From the NCBI GenBank assembly GCA_964016885.1, contig OZ024751.1, positions 38,502,001 to 38,566,000 of the forward strand: DNA of 64,000 nt. The letters are read 5' to 3'. How positions within the stretch are numbered: position 1 is the first letter of the stretch; each line of letters begins with the position of its first letter. Both the position numbers and the translations under genes were made by a program. This DNA is from Eledone cirrhosa. Lineage: Eukaryota. The notes under the pieces were generated by a model that saw nothing but the letters and a program-made list of their open reading frames with translations, did no database searches and was not told the origin of the DNA. Positions 29,059 through 43,873 of the stretch are shown in pieces.

Positions 29059-30175
29059 TGGCCCTTTAGTAACAGCCTTATTATTCCTATGTGTGTTTAG
29101 CTGTTGAATTAATTAAATATAATTATTTTAATAAAACGAATAACATAATGTCAATAATTGTAAGTTTGAATCTAACTGACATGCAAAAACATCAGCAAAA
29201 ATTAGCCATTTAAAATATTTCTAGCTTTCTAGCAACCATCTTACAAATGATGATAAGGAATGCAAGACCATGAACAGGTAGGAGTGGCAAACTGGTATGG
29301 TACTTAATATATTAATATATGTAGATTAAATCGAAGAATGCTAATACACTCATGATAACAAAGTAACAAGGCTGCATCCAAGGGTTGTTTGAACTATTGA
29401 ACAAAGCAGCAAATATTCACTACACTTACTAAAATCTAAGAAGGATAATTACATAATAAACTGTAGGCTGATAGTTATGATATTGCAATTATTCGAATGG
29501 GATGTAAAACAACACGGAACGGTTATATCGAATATATCAGTATTAATAACTGGTTGGCTTTTATACTACATCATATTTTTCCTAGTAAAATCCCAGAGTT
29601 ATGTTCAATACCATTGTAAAACAAATCTGTTCATTTATCCAACTTCTTGTAGAGTCAATCTATTACCGTAACCAAATTCTCTAGTAATAGATGACTAAGA
29701 GATAAAAATCTTCGATTTTTGCATGTTTCCTAACGCAATCGATTTGAGCCAAGTGCTAGTTGCACACAATTATTGGCTTCGATACCAATTCTTTGGCATT
29801 TCCATGGCGATGATCTCAATGGAGAACATGATAGGTTAGCAGTGATAAAATAATTTGTAATCTGAATAGACATTGGAATCTGTGTCAGACTTGATTATCC
29901 ATGTTATATATTTTACGTGACAGGTCTTTTCAGCCACCATGAAGTTTTCCCTTCTTTCCAGTATATATTCTTCTATATTCTAATTACAGCCTCAATATTT
30001 TCAGCCCGAGCCTAACAGTTAACCTTTATAGCCATGTAACATTCGTAACATTTATAACATTTATAGCTGTTATTGGACAGCTATCTATTTGTTTGGGTTT
30101 ATAGCCACATAAACACATCGGCAAACTGATCAATAACGCGTATATACAAGTGCGTACACAGATAGAGACAGAGAG

Positions 30176-30227
<52 letters not shown>

Positions 30228-30543
30228 GGATCAACATAATAGCACATCAAATAATGTGTAAACCAATCCGTATTTTAATGAAAGAACATAAATCTTAATG
30301 AACCATACACATAATGCAGGCAATTGTAAAGCGCACTAACAAGACATTTTTAATGCATATACATATATATACAGATTCACAGTCTTATATATATATATGA
30401 ACATGCATACATATAAACAAATTCATATTCAGGAATACACATATATAATTGCGTACAATTATTTGAGGTTTATTGGATTATTCACTTTCTGGTAAAATAT
30501 GCATGTATCTATTTCTGATCATATATATATATATATATATATC

Positions 30544-30667
<124 letters not shown>

Positions 30668-31520
30668 ATGTCTGTTACATATTAACATCTCATATACCAC
30701 TCCCAATGTCCTCGTCAACATATCTATCTCCCTAGTCTCAGTTAAGTTTATTATTATTATCATGTAATTCTCTATAGATACACGACAAGCGTCCATTTCC
30801 TTCTATATTCACCACAGCATCTTTAGAGTTTGCTAAAGAGGAAACCATTGATTACGTCAATTCTGTATAACAAAATGTTAACATAGCTACCAGTTACAAT
30901 AGTGTTACTGAAGTGCCTAAAGCTGTACGGTATACCATCACTTTCAATTAACATTCGATTGTCACAGTTTAATTCAGATATCTATGCTTTTCAATCAATA
31001 ATAATTCACATACACATGACCAATTAGCGCTATACAAAATTGATTATTTACACATAATTCAGTATTGAAAAGGGGAAAGGATCATTTCGATATATTTTTA
31101 CTTTAAGTGTGCGGTTTACCTTCAAGTAAAATTGCCATTCAGCTTACAATTGAAGTTTCTAATATTTTACAGAAATAATCCGAAATGCACTAAAAATTAT
31201 AAGTGCTTCCACACCTGGATATATATCTAATATCGTTCTCAATAAATAGAGCGATTGATAGATATAATGTGAAAAATATCACAAAATCTGTGAAGCCAAA
31301 AGAGAAAGGTTGGTACAAAAAAAGATAAAGAAGTCTGTGGAGTGTAGTTGTCCGGCGTGTGGCATTGGGGACAAAGCTCTTTAGGAAGAAAAGAATTAAT
31401 TCGGGGGAAACAGACTCACCTGCACACTTCTTTGAGTGCACTAACCTACATACTAAAGTTTTGGTAAGCAACAACCACAAACTCAGATATATATATATAT
31501 ATATATAGATATATATATAT

Positions 31521-31549
<29 letters not shown>

Positions 31550-31557
<8 letters not shown>

Positions 31558-31770
31558 TAACAGATTAAAGTTTAAGCTGCTTTCACCCTTAACGGGATCT
31601 TCTGAAAGTTTCAGAAGATCCCGTTAAGGGTGAAAGCAGCGATTCTTTGCTTAAAATTTAATCTGTTATTTTAATAAATATTTGCTCTAGGGTTCTTATA
31701 TATTTGATATATATTCATTCTTATCGAGCCCTCTTTGGATTTTAGACTTCACATTTATTATTATTATAAT
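31550..31770 (+). mobile_element. Family B fold-back insert: inverted partial copy, hammerhead segment, tail
   Basis: Inverted repeat 31550-31676 centred near 31607; the left arm has a 10-bp deletion; tail 31677-31770; (TA)n on both sides. Confidence 0.85.
31605..31659 (+). ncRNA. Hammerhead-like fold with CAGAAGA core (family B)
   Basis: AAAGTTT-CAGAAGA-TCCC-GTTAA-GGGT-GAAA-GCA..TGC-TT-AAAATTT. Confidence 0.6.
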
Positions 31771-31784
31771 ATATATATATATAA

Positions 31785-31968
31785 GGCGGTGGATTAGCAG
31801 TATCGGTAGAGGGTCGGACGCCATGCTTTCCAGCATAGTTACGTCCCTTTACGATCTGAGTTCAAATCCCGCCGAGGTTGACTTTGCCTTTCATCCTTAC
31901 GGGGTCGATAAAATAAAGTACCAGTAATGCACTGGGTAATTGCTGGCCTTGTGCCTAAAGTAGAAACA

Positions 31969-31970
<2 letters not shown>
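31785..31970 (+). mobile_element. tRNA-derived SINE, full length, short-body subfamily
   Basis: A/B boxes, core and tail; flanked by duplicated ATTATAATATATATA. Confidence 0.93.
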
Positions 31971-32002
<32 letters not shown>

Positions 32003-32997
32003 CTTGCGCATTAGTAATTGTTTATATAAATACCCTTTTTTTTAAAGGTTGTATTATGGATGTTACTTCTACGTTACATTATTATTTTGATTTAGATATT
32101 TAGTTACAAACTATATAAAAGAAGTTTTCCGAATAAGAAAACTTCAGAAAAATAACAATAGGGCATGGTTATAGGGTTACTTAATTTAATATGTTGAAGT
32201 AATTTGAAACTAGAAAATTTGACAATTTTACCGTAAAGGACAAAATATAATTTAGTACATGAGATCAACTTACATTAAAAAAAGAAAGAATAGAAAGAGA
32301 TTCGCGATTAAGAGATTGAAGCTAAAAATAACAAATGATATATTTTAAGTGTTTTTTTTTATTTTTTATTTTATTCCTACTATGAGACTGAAATATAATT
32401 TTTCAAAGCCACATTCTTTGAATTAAAGAAAATAAACCAATAAAACTACTTAATATATAACAAATAATTCAAATTCATTCAGGTTGTAAAAATGAGTAGA
32501 AGCAGCTAAAGGTTATACGTTATTTAGCTATGTGTATAAATAGAAGCAATTGGCAATGCAGTCTTTTAATGAGATGGCAAATTTATTTTATATTCCGTAA
32601 TATAAATCCAATTTACAAAACATGCTATTCTTGAGAGTTCACTTTAAAAATTATTGTTGATTTGCAGAATATATGTGTATGTATTTTATATTTCTTATAC
32701 GGGGAACGTTTTGCTATTTGATTTTAATTTCCCTTATATTCTATTCAAACATCCAACACAATGACTTTTTAACCTATTTTGTTTGTAAGGGATTTTGTTT
32801 ATTTATATATTACGCATATTTGAATTTATCGCCTCTCTCAATTCTCCATTTGTTTATTACATTGTAAATTAAAATAATGCAGATTCTCCTGCCTATTTCT
32901 GTTTTCCTATTATTTTTCTCAGTTATTACATGCACATATTCTCCCTCTTTTATATATGCAGACACACACACATACAAATACATACATGCAAAAAACC

Positions 32998-33034
<37 letters not shown>

Positions 33035-33586
33035 TGTAAATATACATATATATCTTTCGAAACTATTCTTTGTTTCTTTCTTATTTCTAATTTGCATTTT
33101 ATACTGTGTTTTTCATATTTCAATTTAAGATTTAGCATAGATAATTTCAAAGAATTCGTTGTCCGTATACGGCTGCACTTAATTTACTGTCACTTCTCCC
33201 CCATTGACTTAATCACAGGAGACATTTTGTAATCAAAAATCTAAATTTGTATCCTAGTGTATTTATATTTTATATCCATCACTTTTTTACTTCTTCAATT
33301 CTACTACTAACACAATCTTTTTCTCTCCGTCTGCATTAAATAAATGACTTTTCATATTTTTATTCCAACGAATTTCATCACTTTTTATTCACTTCGTTTG
33401 ATACTGAGGTGAAATGAATTCGCCCGAGTAATCAAATGTATCCTGTTCAGGAAATGACAGCATAATCAAAGGTAAATATTACACACATACACTCGCATAT
33501 ACACATTCACGTACATATACATACAATTGAATGTACACATACACATTTATATACATCTATACACATATACAGTCACACACAGACAT

Positions 33587-33647
<61 letters not shown>

Positions 33648-33681
33648 GATATATATTTATATATATGTATATATATATATG

Positions 33682-33761
<80 letters not shown>

Positions 33762-34424
33762 TTCTTGCATATATACGTACACAAATATACACGTTTACAT
33801 TCATATACACATATATAATCACACACACACACTTATATACACATGCATAGATATTTACACATAAATAGACACATATACAATCACACACATACATGCACAT
33901 GCGTAAAGACTTATGCACACATATACATTTACCCAAACATACACATATAGACACACTCATATACACATATGCGCAAACCGATACATATGCACACACCTAA
34001 ACATAGACACACATATTTTAAAAAATTGTTATCCATTGAAATCAATTTAAATTAATAATTGCTAAAATAAAAATGATTCTAAACAAAAGAAAATATTTTA
34101 ACACTCTTTGTTTATTTTAGAATATTTAAATAGAAGAAAATCCTGTGTGCATTTTCATTGTAGAAACTTAATTATGTTTCTGAATTATAACTTTACACGT
34201 ATATATTTTTGTCATTTTATCTTTTTATTGATTTTAAGTAAATGTATTTGAAAAAAAAATGTTTTTTTTTCAATCGCCACCTCTTGGGAAAAGTGATAGT
34301 TTTATTTTATTTTCTAATTTTTATAGAATCTGCCAAACATAAAACCTTTCGTCAGTGGTTTTATGGCTTATTTTGTGTTTCATTTCATTTTATACATTTT
34401 GATAAAAGAAGAAATGAAATAATA

Positions 34425-34595
34425 TAGTATGATATAATCATGCAACATTATATAATAAATACACATACACAATATGATATAGCCGTAGGGCACATACATA
34501 CTATGATATATAACCGTATAACATATGATATCATAGATAGATATACATAGTATGATCTAACCGTGCAACATATTATATCATACACACACATACAT
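34425..34595. repeat. Degenerate minisatellite, ~30-47-bp units beginning TATGATATAACCGT
   Basis: Four related TATGAT(A/C)TA(A/G)(C/T)C(G/A)T starts. Confidence 0.6.
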
Positions 34596-34854
34596 TCACG
34601 GAGAAAAGCCAAAAGCCACACATTCACACATGTACATATATATTAGAAGAGAATGTATATGGATGCATATCATGATCAATATCTATTTGTTCAATGTAGT
34701 TGTACAGTAACGTGTGCTTATTGACCTTTCATTGTTTGGTTGCAAATTCAAATATGGCTGATAAGATGGAAAACATTTCCAATTTCTCATACAGCGTAAA
34801 TGTCACAGATAAAGCACACGCCCACATTAGTATGTATATATATATATATTTATT

Positions 34855-35036
34855 TATAAATAATTACAATATAGTAACATAAAGGGGTACTTAAATTTCG
34901 TTGGATTCTGGACCCCAACTCATTCAGAGAACCCAACAAAAATTAAGTATCTCTTTATGTCACTGTTGTAATTATTTATACTAAACTTGTCTATGGACTG
35001 AGTACATTGCATATTTCTACCAAACATTTACTACAG
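34855..35036. mobile_element. Fold-back insert between TA runs with a hammerhead core in the inverted arm
   Basis: ~55-bp arms 34855-34909 / 34928-34980; right arm extended by a tail to (TA)n. Confidence 0.8.
34888..34927 (-). ncRNA. Hammerhead core with one extra A, stem I lost at the inversion junction
   Basis: CTGAATGA-GTTGG-GGTCCAGAAT-CCAAC-GAAA-TTTAAG-TA. Confidence 0.6.
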
Positions 35037-35323
35037 TATATATATATATATATATATCCTAAATAATACTCGTCCCACGTGTTTTCACGTGTATTTTCTT
35101 TTTTTAATATATTTTCCAACACCTTTTCTTTCTCTATCTACCATCTAAGAGTTAAACCGATATTCTCAAATTTTACCGTCTTAAAATGTGTACATAACGT
35201 ATTTAAGTGTTGAGTATGTTGCTATTAGCCCTCTTCAAGTAAAGGAAAATGTCTTTTCCCTCCAGGGACAAACTTCAGATAGCCAAGCAAGGGAAAAATT
35301 GTATGTATCTGATTTTGTCCTCA

Positions 35324-35491
<168 letters not shown>

Positions 35492-35533
35492 AATAATATT
35501 AATAAATGGAAGCTATCTATATAAAACCAAATT

Positions 35534-35594
35534 TATTTTATTATATATATTTCAAGGGTACCAACATATTGGTACGCCCTCATCAGATAAAATA
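35534..35594 (-). ncRNA. Canonical type I hammerhead ribozyme
   Basis: TATTTTAT-CTGATGA-GGGC-GTACCAA-TATG-TTGGTAC-CCTT-GAAA-TATATA-TA-ATAAAATA; 8-bp stem I, 7-bp perfect core of stem II, palindromic loop III; lies in a ~170-bp insert between TA runs. Confidence 0.88.
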
Positions 35595-35971
35595 CAAACA
35601 TTGGTTTATAGATATTGTTATATTCAGACAAGAACTTAATTTTGTGAGTTCTATTTGAATAGTATATATGTATATATGAATGCATGTTTGCCCTGAGTGT
35701 GTGCCTGTGTATGTCTATATACTCTATATACCTATATACAGGTGTGTCTTTCAGGACGTGTGTGTGTGTTTTCAGGCAAAATTGTTCTGTTAAGACACAA
35801 ATATTGCTGGTAGCAGTCTTCTGGTAGATTTATTCCCGATCCCTCAGAGCGACTTATTTTTAAATAGGCTCCGTCTAACTTTTCTATTATATATAATTGT
35901 AGGGATGATGCATGCAACTGTATATCTTCAGTTATTTCAATCCCAGTGTATCTGCGAAGATAAACAATATT

Positions 35972-36190
<219 letters not shown>

Positions 36191-38504
36191 TCATCCTCAT
36201 CTGAGCCGGTAACAAAATCACCGAATTTTAGCTTTATGGTAAGTACTCTGAAAATAATTAAATACGCGTTATCGGTAATATCCGTGTTATTGTCATTGGA
36301 TCCTCCATCTATTCGACAACGGTTCCCTTTGTTCAATCAATAGAACAGCATATTAGTAAACTTAACATGCTAGTGACTGATCATTCCATAGTCATGTGTA
36401 TATATTACGTAGCATGGCCTGTTAGACTTCAAATTTCATCGATCTTGAAAATATAAATTTCAGGCATAAAAGAATTGTTAAGGACATACTTCACTTCATA
36501 TGGATTGTGGACCATCGGTCACACGTCCATTATTAACATGGACTAGGTATATTTAGACACATGTCAATTTATACACATATTTATGTATATACACTACATG
36601 TTAATCATATATTTACCTAGGCATTGTTTTTCGATGTGGTATTTTGACGTTAATTAAATCTGAAGCTTTCATAATGACTGATGCTCTTAATAGGAAATTA
36701 AAACGAAAATAAACTAGAGAGGGTTAAATTCTGCATCTAGGTTAGAGAATCTAAAATTATTTCTACTTCATAGTAAGTAGAATAAGCGGATTAATAGTCT
36801 AAGTGTATATATATTTCTTTATTTCCCTTCTTCAACCTATATAAAACAAAGTCATTATCACCGCCATCAACATTATTATCATCCCCGTCACCTTAATCAT
36901 TAAGATTTTAAAAAAGAAAGACTATATAACAATACTACTGATAATGATAATCAGTACTGAGACTAATTTGATTTACGTCCATCAATACGATACATTTCCT
37001 GTCAAATTAAACTTTGTTTTTGCCTAGTCTGTCTGAAGGATGGAGCAATGCCTATAGATTTCACTTTACATGAATTTATTTCTATATTCGTGCTATGACA
37101 CCTTACCCGTTAAAATTTATTTCTATGATAAAATGATGTTTGAAGACAGCCAAATAAAAAACTATTTTACAAATCTCAATAAATATAATTTATACTTTTA
37201 AATGTTCAATAACCATAGATTACTACTTAAAACTAAATGGGGTAAAACTCCGTAACTTTCCACGATGAGTGTTACAGTTCTGTGATTCGCGAAAGAACCT
37301 CTTTATGAAATTACAGTACAAGCGAGATTATTCTAGTGAAGCATATAGCAGTGTAATTCTAAGTTCAATTCAATGTGGTAGAGTGTGTGACAAGTTTGCC
37401 TCTTTCAATGACATGTACAGTATCTTGGGCGGATTTCTAAACGTTTTCCGGTTAATCAATTTCAATTACAAAATCTGAGTCAAACCTGGGCTTTGGTAAA
37501 TACATTAGCAGAGAATTCCAGACAGAGGGATTGAACCTGGTTAACCTTGATTGGGAAGTGAACTCCCTAACAAGCTATGCTTACATCCATATAAAAATAT
37601 GACAATACTAATAGAAGTCATAGACATTTTTAGAAGGAAGTATTTTAGGATATCTTGAAATACTGCACGCTCTTTGTAAATGCATATATTTCGATTATCA
37701 ATAGTTTTAACCTCGAGGAGCTAATGTTTGATTTCCACAAGTATTCCGATTCCTGATTCATCACATCGACTTAAGCATCGTAAATATATAGAGCACAAGT
37801 TTTGTATAATTGTTTATATCACCCTTCTTAAAGCGACCCTACTTAACATAATATTGGCATTCGTATTATTTATTATTTTGGGGCATCGTGTAAGCAATTG
37901 TAGGTCAGCTTTGAAACGAATAGATTTAAATTTAGTTATTTTTATTGAGTTAAATTCTGTTCATTTTTTCTTTGTGAATCCAATAGATTATGTTGTTTAT
38001 AAATATATTTTTGTATTTTTTTCAGTAAGTATGCTATTTTGAGTAGTGCCGAGATGGTTGAGGTTGAAAGCACAAAAAGTGTTTGCAGCAAAATAGCAAA
38101 CTATTTTTAGGTGACTTTAAATCTACATCTGAGGGCAAAATTGCAATAAATCTAGTTTTATATCGATTAATTAATACTTTTGATAATTTCACCAATATCG
38201 GCTATAGACATCAAAAACTTGTAAACACCTTCGGGGAGACATGATACAACAAATGTGTTGAACCTAGGTGGCGATCTGGCAGATATGTTAAAATGTCCTT
38301 AGAATATACTTTGTTATTTGTCCAGGTTCATTACGATCGGAGTTCAAATTCCACGTATGTCAAGTTTATTTCTCATCCTATCAGGGAGAACAAAATATTG
38401 TAACATTAACGTTCTATATGCTAAATATAAAGGAAATTGTATATCGGCGAAGGAAGTTTCCGTACAGAAACCTTCTATTAAACCTTCTATTAAACCTACA
38501 AAAA

Positions 38505-38568
<64 letters not shown>

Positions 38569-40404
38569 GTGTGTGTAGAATTATGGCAACAGTGTATCTA
38601 GTACAGACGTCTTAGTTTGAAGTGAATATTCGTTGACAGCTCTTAATCCATCTGTCCTATTTACTGTAATTTCTTATCAATTATTGTTTCTTAGGTTTCC
38701 GATTTTGTTAAGGGATTGTTTACATCTTTTTAAGACAGCCTCAGTCGGGAAAATCAAGAACGCTCAAATCTGAAATGTAAACTGATTATTGCGCCACCAT
38801 CTAAATTGGCTTATTAAATGTTTCTGGTATTTTATAAGTCGCCTTCTTCATTTGTAATGTAATAAATTGACGAGGTATTTTTTATATCGTTAGGACTTCG
38901 GAAACACTGCTTTGTGTTATTCTTTCCAACTTTACTCAAATCTCGCCGAGGGAAAGTTTGACATTTATCATGTTGGTTTTAACAAATGAAGTATATTTCC
39001 AGTGTTGGTGTCATTACCTCCAATATATGACGTTCTAATTCCCCCCGCTCTCTTTCTCGGTGAGAAATCTGCTTTGCTATGACCCAGATATGTATGGGAT
39101 CCGTCAAGTTTGATATACGCAGGATATATATAAAGATATATATAACTATATAACGAGGGACAAAGTAGAATTCTGAATGCGCCATACGTACATAATTAAA
39201 TCAAGAACAGTATTGTGGACCTATATAATATGAAACATTATATAAAGGAAAAGTAGATAAATGAATTGTGATTCAAGTTTATATAAAAGAGAAAGAAGCG
39301 AATTAGAAAAAGGAAAATAATGACGGCGTTGGCGTGGCGTTGTGTGGGTAATGGACATTTGTTTTAACTTAATATACACATTAGAGATGTTAAATAAACT
39401 TGAGTGACAGTTGAAAGTTTCCATCTTCTTATCTGCTTTAATTAACTCTTACATAAATATAAGACAAGTCTTGCGAATAGCAACACCGAAATGAAAAAGA
39501 AAACAAAAGGAAAAAGAAAAAGCAGGCAAGAAAAAAAAAGATTAGCAAATAATACGGAAATTACTCTCTACTGAAAAGCTAATAGCTATCAACAACAAGA
39601 ACAACAACAAGACTAGTAGCGACAACGACAGAGAAGAAAATCATTACTGATCAACGAAGGTAAAAAAGATCAGGAAAGACGATTTTCCTAGTGACACTTT
39701 TATTCAATACAAAAATCTCCCCAGCTTTCATTTTTAACAATGAGAAAACTTAAGAACGTTAGATTTATTTAATTGATTTGGAATTATCCCAAAATAGAAA
39801 TATGCAGGAAAAAGTGAGGATTATCATTGGTCTTATGTAAACACTCCAACTGTCCCGTTCTCTATCCTTTGGCATTACTCCAAAATTATTTCTTCCTATT
39901 AACACCTCAAATTTCAAGAAAAAGAATATGAGCGCTTTTACTTAAAGGGAGACTATGACAGACGGCTAAAATATAACAACAATAAAAAATAATTAAATGA
40001 AGTAAAAAGAAAAAATAGCATGAATCAAAAGAAATATAAAATAAACTAAAACATGTTCGAATAATAATAAAACTATAAAACATAACAAAAATAGTAATAT
40101 AATAATAATAGTTGTGATAATAATACCAATAAAGTTAAATAATTATTAAAATAATTTAAATATCTTAAATGTATTGATTAGAAAAAAAAATCAATCATGT
40201 GGTTTATAATAAAGTAGTTTTAAATAGAATTAACCCTATAAATTAGAAAGCTACATTTGGTCAAACATATTTACTGGTCGACCATTTAACAGATTAATGC
40301 AACTTTAACATGTTCTGTTTTAGAAGGTAACAACCACAGTGGTAAGTGGCATTGGACATTTTGTGTAACAAATAGAATGGACTCTTTGTTTTCTTTATCT
40401 TATT

Positions 40405-40600
40405 CTGTATTCTATGCCCAGTTACTCCTTGGAGGGTCGTGGGGACAGAGTTCTCAAGGACGCCTTCCAGCAGGTCCTCTCAGAAGCAACGCTGTACAAT
40501 TCATCCGGCTGAATCACAAATCAAGACAACTCGAGCTCATGGACCCTATTAAACCATCTTGCACGGGCTCTCGTTTTGGGTTTCCTGCCGGGTCATTTTT
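40405..40600 (-). mobile_element. 3' end of an RTE-clade (Expander/Rex3-like) LINE, degenerate
   Basis: Minus-strand translation PGRKPKTRARARWFNRVHEL..IQPDELYSVASERTCWKASLRTLSPRPSKE* resembles the GRRPRGRPRTRW..W..LL..LPPRP C-terminus. Confidence 0.7.
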
Positions 40601-41539
40601 GCCCGGCTGGTTTTTCACAATGCACATTTAGTGTTTCGGTCAATTGACTGTTCAGTTTGTAAACTGACGTATTTAGTTGAGTTTTCCACTGGTATGAACA
40701 GTCGTATTTTAATTCCCATGTCGAATCAGAGTGTTATAATATAATTTTACGGGATCTTTCAGTTATATCTAAAATAACCCTAACCGGCTTCCCACAATAG
40801 CCGTCTACTCACATACACTTTTAAGGCTTGAGTCATCCAAAAACAATCGTGAAGTTACTTTCTCTAGATACCGCACAGTGAGTTCGACCCTCTGACCTCA
40901 TAATTACGAAGCGGACAGCTTAACCACTCAGCAGAGCGACACATTTGATAATATTTCATTCATTATATACAATATATTGATATTTTTTAAACATAAAAAA
41001 ATAATAATTAATAAATCAGCCAGTAAGAATAGTTACAGTCATTGTAAGGGAGATATGTCAGCCCTTGTATCATCACAAATCTCTAATGTGATTGACATTG
41101 AATATTTACAGCAGAGTAGTAAACCTATAGAAGCAGAATAATTGAAGATTGGTTTTGTTGTTAGTGTTTTCTGTATGAAGATAATGAATTTTGCCTCCCA
41201 TGCTACGAATCGTAGTACGATATGCGCCATTAACGCAATAAATTGGCCATCTTGTCAACTCTATACATTTCTATTATATTTCAATAGAGAAAATACTATA
41301 GAAAACAATAAAGCACTCACAAAGCACCAACATTATTTTGTTTTTTAATGGAACATCGAACAATTATTTTCATTTCCCCCACAATACTTATAATTGATAT
41401 TGAAGTTAGTGCAGTTTATTATTCTTATTATTATCATCATCATCATCATCCATATTATTCTTTTTCTTTACATCGTCAAATTTCCTTAACATTACTATCA
41501 TATTATTACCATTTATCTTATTGTTTTGTCTTATTGTGA

Positions 41540-41564
41540 CTAGTAGCAACAGCAACAATAGTAA

Positions 41565-41597
<33 letters not shown>

Positions 41598-41670
41598 CGG
41601 CAGCAATTGCAGCAGCAGCAGCAGCAGCTGTAGTAGTAGCAGTGATAGCACCCACCAGCATCAGTAGTTG
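41540..41670. repeat. Compound (TAG)/(CAG)/(TGG) trinucleotide repeat
   Basis: Direct reading. Confidence 0.85.
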
Positions 41671-42843
41671 CTGTATCACTAACAATAAGTGCCTTAATCA
41701 CTCTTTAATTCTCTGAACTAATCAGATTTTGTGCCAAAACAATATAGGAGACTGGGTTAATTATGGTTGAGGAAAGACAAGGGTGACTTTACATGTAATA
41801 GAGTTATTCTTGGCACTCATCGACAAACGTGCTGGAACTATCCCAATGGATTTCTAATTATAATGAGAGAAGTATTAATATATATATATATATACAAATA
41901 TGTATAAAGAAAAACAAAACCACGCTAATGCTATGTGAGAATAACGAAATATTGTGTTGTTTGTAAAGGCATTTAAGTATCTAATTAGTTCGGAGTTCAG
42001 GGTATTCATTAGAATAACAAAACTATAATTGGAACGTATTGCATTCAGAAGATCCAGAAGAAATGTATTTTTGCTGGCCAGAAAATAGTTTGTCTATAAT
42101 AATATCTTTATGCTTACATTGTGGTGATGAAATATTTCTTGCGGTCGCGATGTTAGAGCCTCTTCATATACCATATATAAAGAGACATAGGAAGAGATAG
42201 AGATGCCGTTTTCTGTGCATGACTGCTTTATTGTTATCGAATGATAAAAGGCAGTTTGCCCTAAATTAACAGAATACACAATGTAAAGCACTCTAACGGA
42301 CGCCAGGACGAATCAACCAACCGGTAAATTTATAACGTCAAGAAATTAAACTACACATGATCACACGTTACGATGTTATGGATTCTGGTAACACCAGCCA
42401 AGTATCAGCTGGAGGATCATAACACAACACATTCATGAAGTCTACTATCTATCTGAATGTTGCTCCTCTTTATAAAAATATTTTATATCTTTTACAAATG
42501 TGTTTATAAGCCTTCTTATAAGATTGGATAACAACATCGGAATCAAGATGTTTGCTTTTTACATTGGAAATACCATTTTAACAATCGTTGATCTAAACCG
42601 ACCCTTCTAATCGTTTGGGAAAGCTTCACAACGTTAACAAACAATTATGTGATATAACTAATTATTATTAACCAACAGTTTAACTATCATTCTTACTTAT
42701 ACTATGCATAACAATATATGCGCACATAAAATATATGTGTGTATATAGATGTTCGTATATATGCGCGCATGTTTATGTATATACATATATGAATGTAGGG
42801 ATCATTGAGGAAATGACAAACAAAAGACAAAATATTTGAAAGA

Positions 42844-42926
<83 letters not shown>

Positions 42927-43024
42927 GAACAGCTCACTCCTATGCAGGTTTAGCTGGCTTCGCCCAAGGTGTATCTCGTTGAAGGTGTCTTGTGTGATTT
43001 AATGATAGAGGCCCCAGCCCAATC

Positions 43025-43155
43025 ATCTCATTTCTAGAGCTGAGTAAAGTGGAGCATCTTGAAATAAAGTGTCTTGCTCAAGGGAACAACACATCACCCG
43101 GTCCGAGAATTGAACTCACAACTTTTCGATTGCAAGCTCAATGCTCTAAGCACTA
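43025..43155 (-). mobile_element. tRNA-derived CORE-type SINE (5' part; may extend to ~42925)
   Basis: Minus strand TAGTGCTTAGAGCA.. A box, GAGTTCAATTCTC B box, CCCTTGAGCAAGACACTTTATTTCA core. Confidence 0.8.
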
Positions 43156-43170
43156 TATAAATATACATCC

Positions 43171-43793
43171 CTACAAGAGAGTGCCGAAAAGATCGGCCTG
43201 AGAATCAAAACTAAAAAGACGAAGGTCACGAGAACGGCCAGCAACACAGATCCAGTGATCAGAGTCAACCAACAGGACATCGAGGAAGTCGATCACTTCA
43301 CCTATCTGGGCAGCATCCTGACAAGCAGCGGCGACGCGGAGCTCGACATCAACTCTCGGATCGGCAAAGGGGCTGCAGTTTTCCAGCGGCTGTGCCCAGC
43401 AGAAATAGAAAGAGGGCTGAACGCTTTCCACCAGCGGTGCCTGCGAAAGATCCTTCGTGTGTCCTGGCGGGACCGAGTGCGAAACGAGGAGATCCGACGG
43501 AGAGCCGAGTCGTGGACGCTACAGAGAGTGGTCACGGAGCGTCGGTGCCGTCTGGCTGGCAATATTCTGCGTGTGCCAAATGAACGGCATTAGAAAACAG
43601 CGATGAACTGGACTCCGCCTGGCGGTAAATGTAGGCGGGGTTGCCCAAGGATCACCTAGCGACGAACGTTCCGGAAGGACCTGATGGCAGTTAACATCAC
43701 CTTGCACGGTCTCGAAGAAGTTGCCGCTGATCGTGAATGTTGGCGAGTACTTACTGCTCGATGCACCGAACGGCGCAGAAGAATCTAAGAATA

Positions 43794-43795
<2 letters not shown>
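43171..43795 (+). mobile_element. 5'-truncated RTE-clade LINE (RT end and C-terminal domain)
   Basis: KIGLRIKTKKTKV, EEVDHFTYLGS, DINSRIGK, LNAFHQRCLRKILRVSWRDRVRNEEI, WTPPGGKCRRGCPRIT, AADRECWR; two in-frame stops; short TAAGA tail into (TA)n. Confidence 0.92.
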
Positions 43796-43869
<74 letters not shown>

Positions 43870-43873
<4 letters not shown>

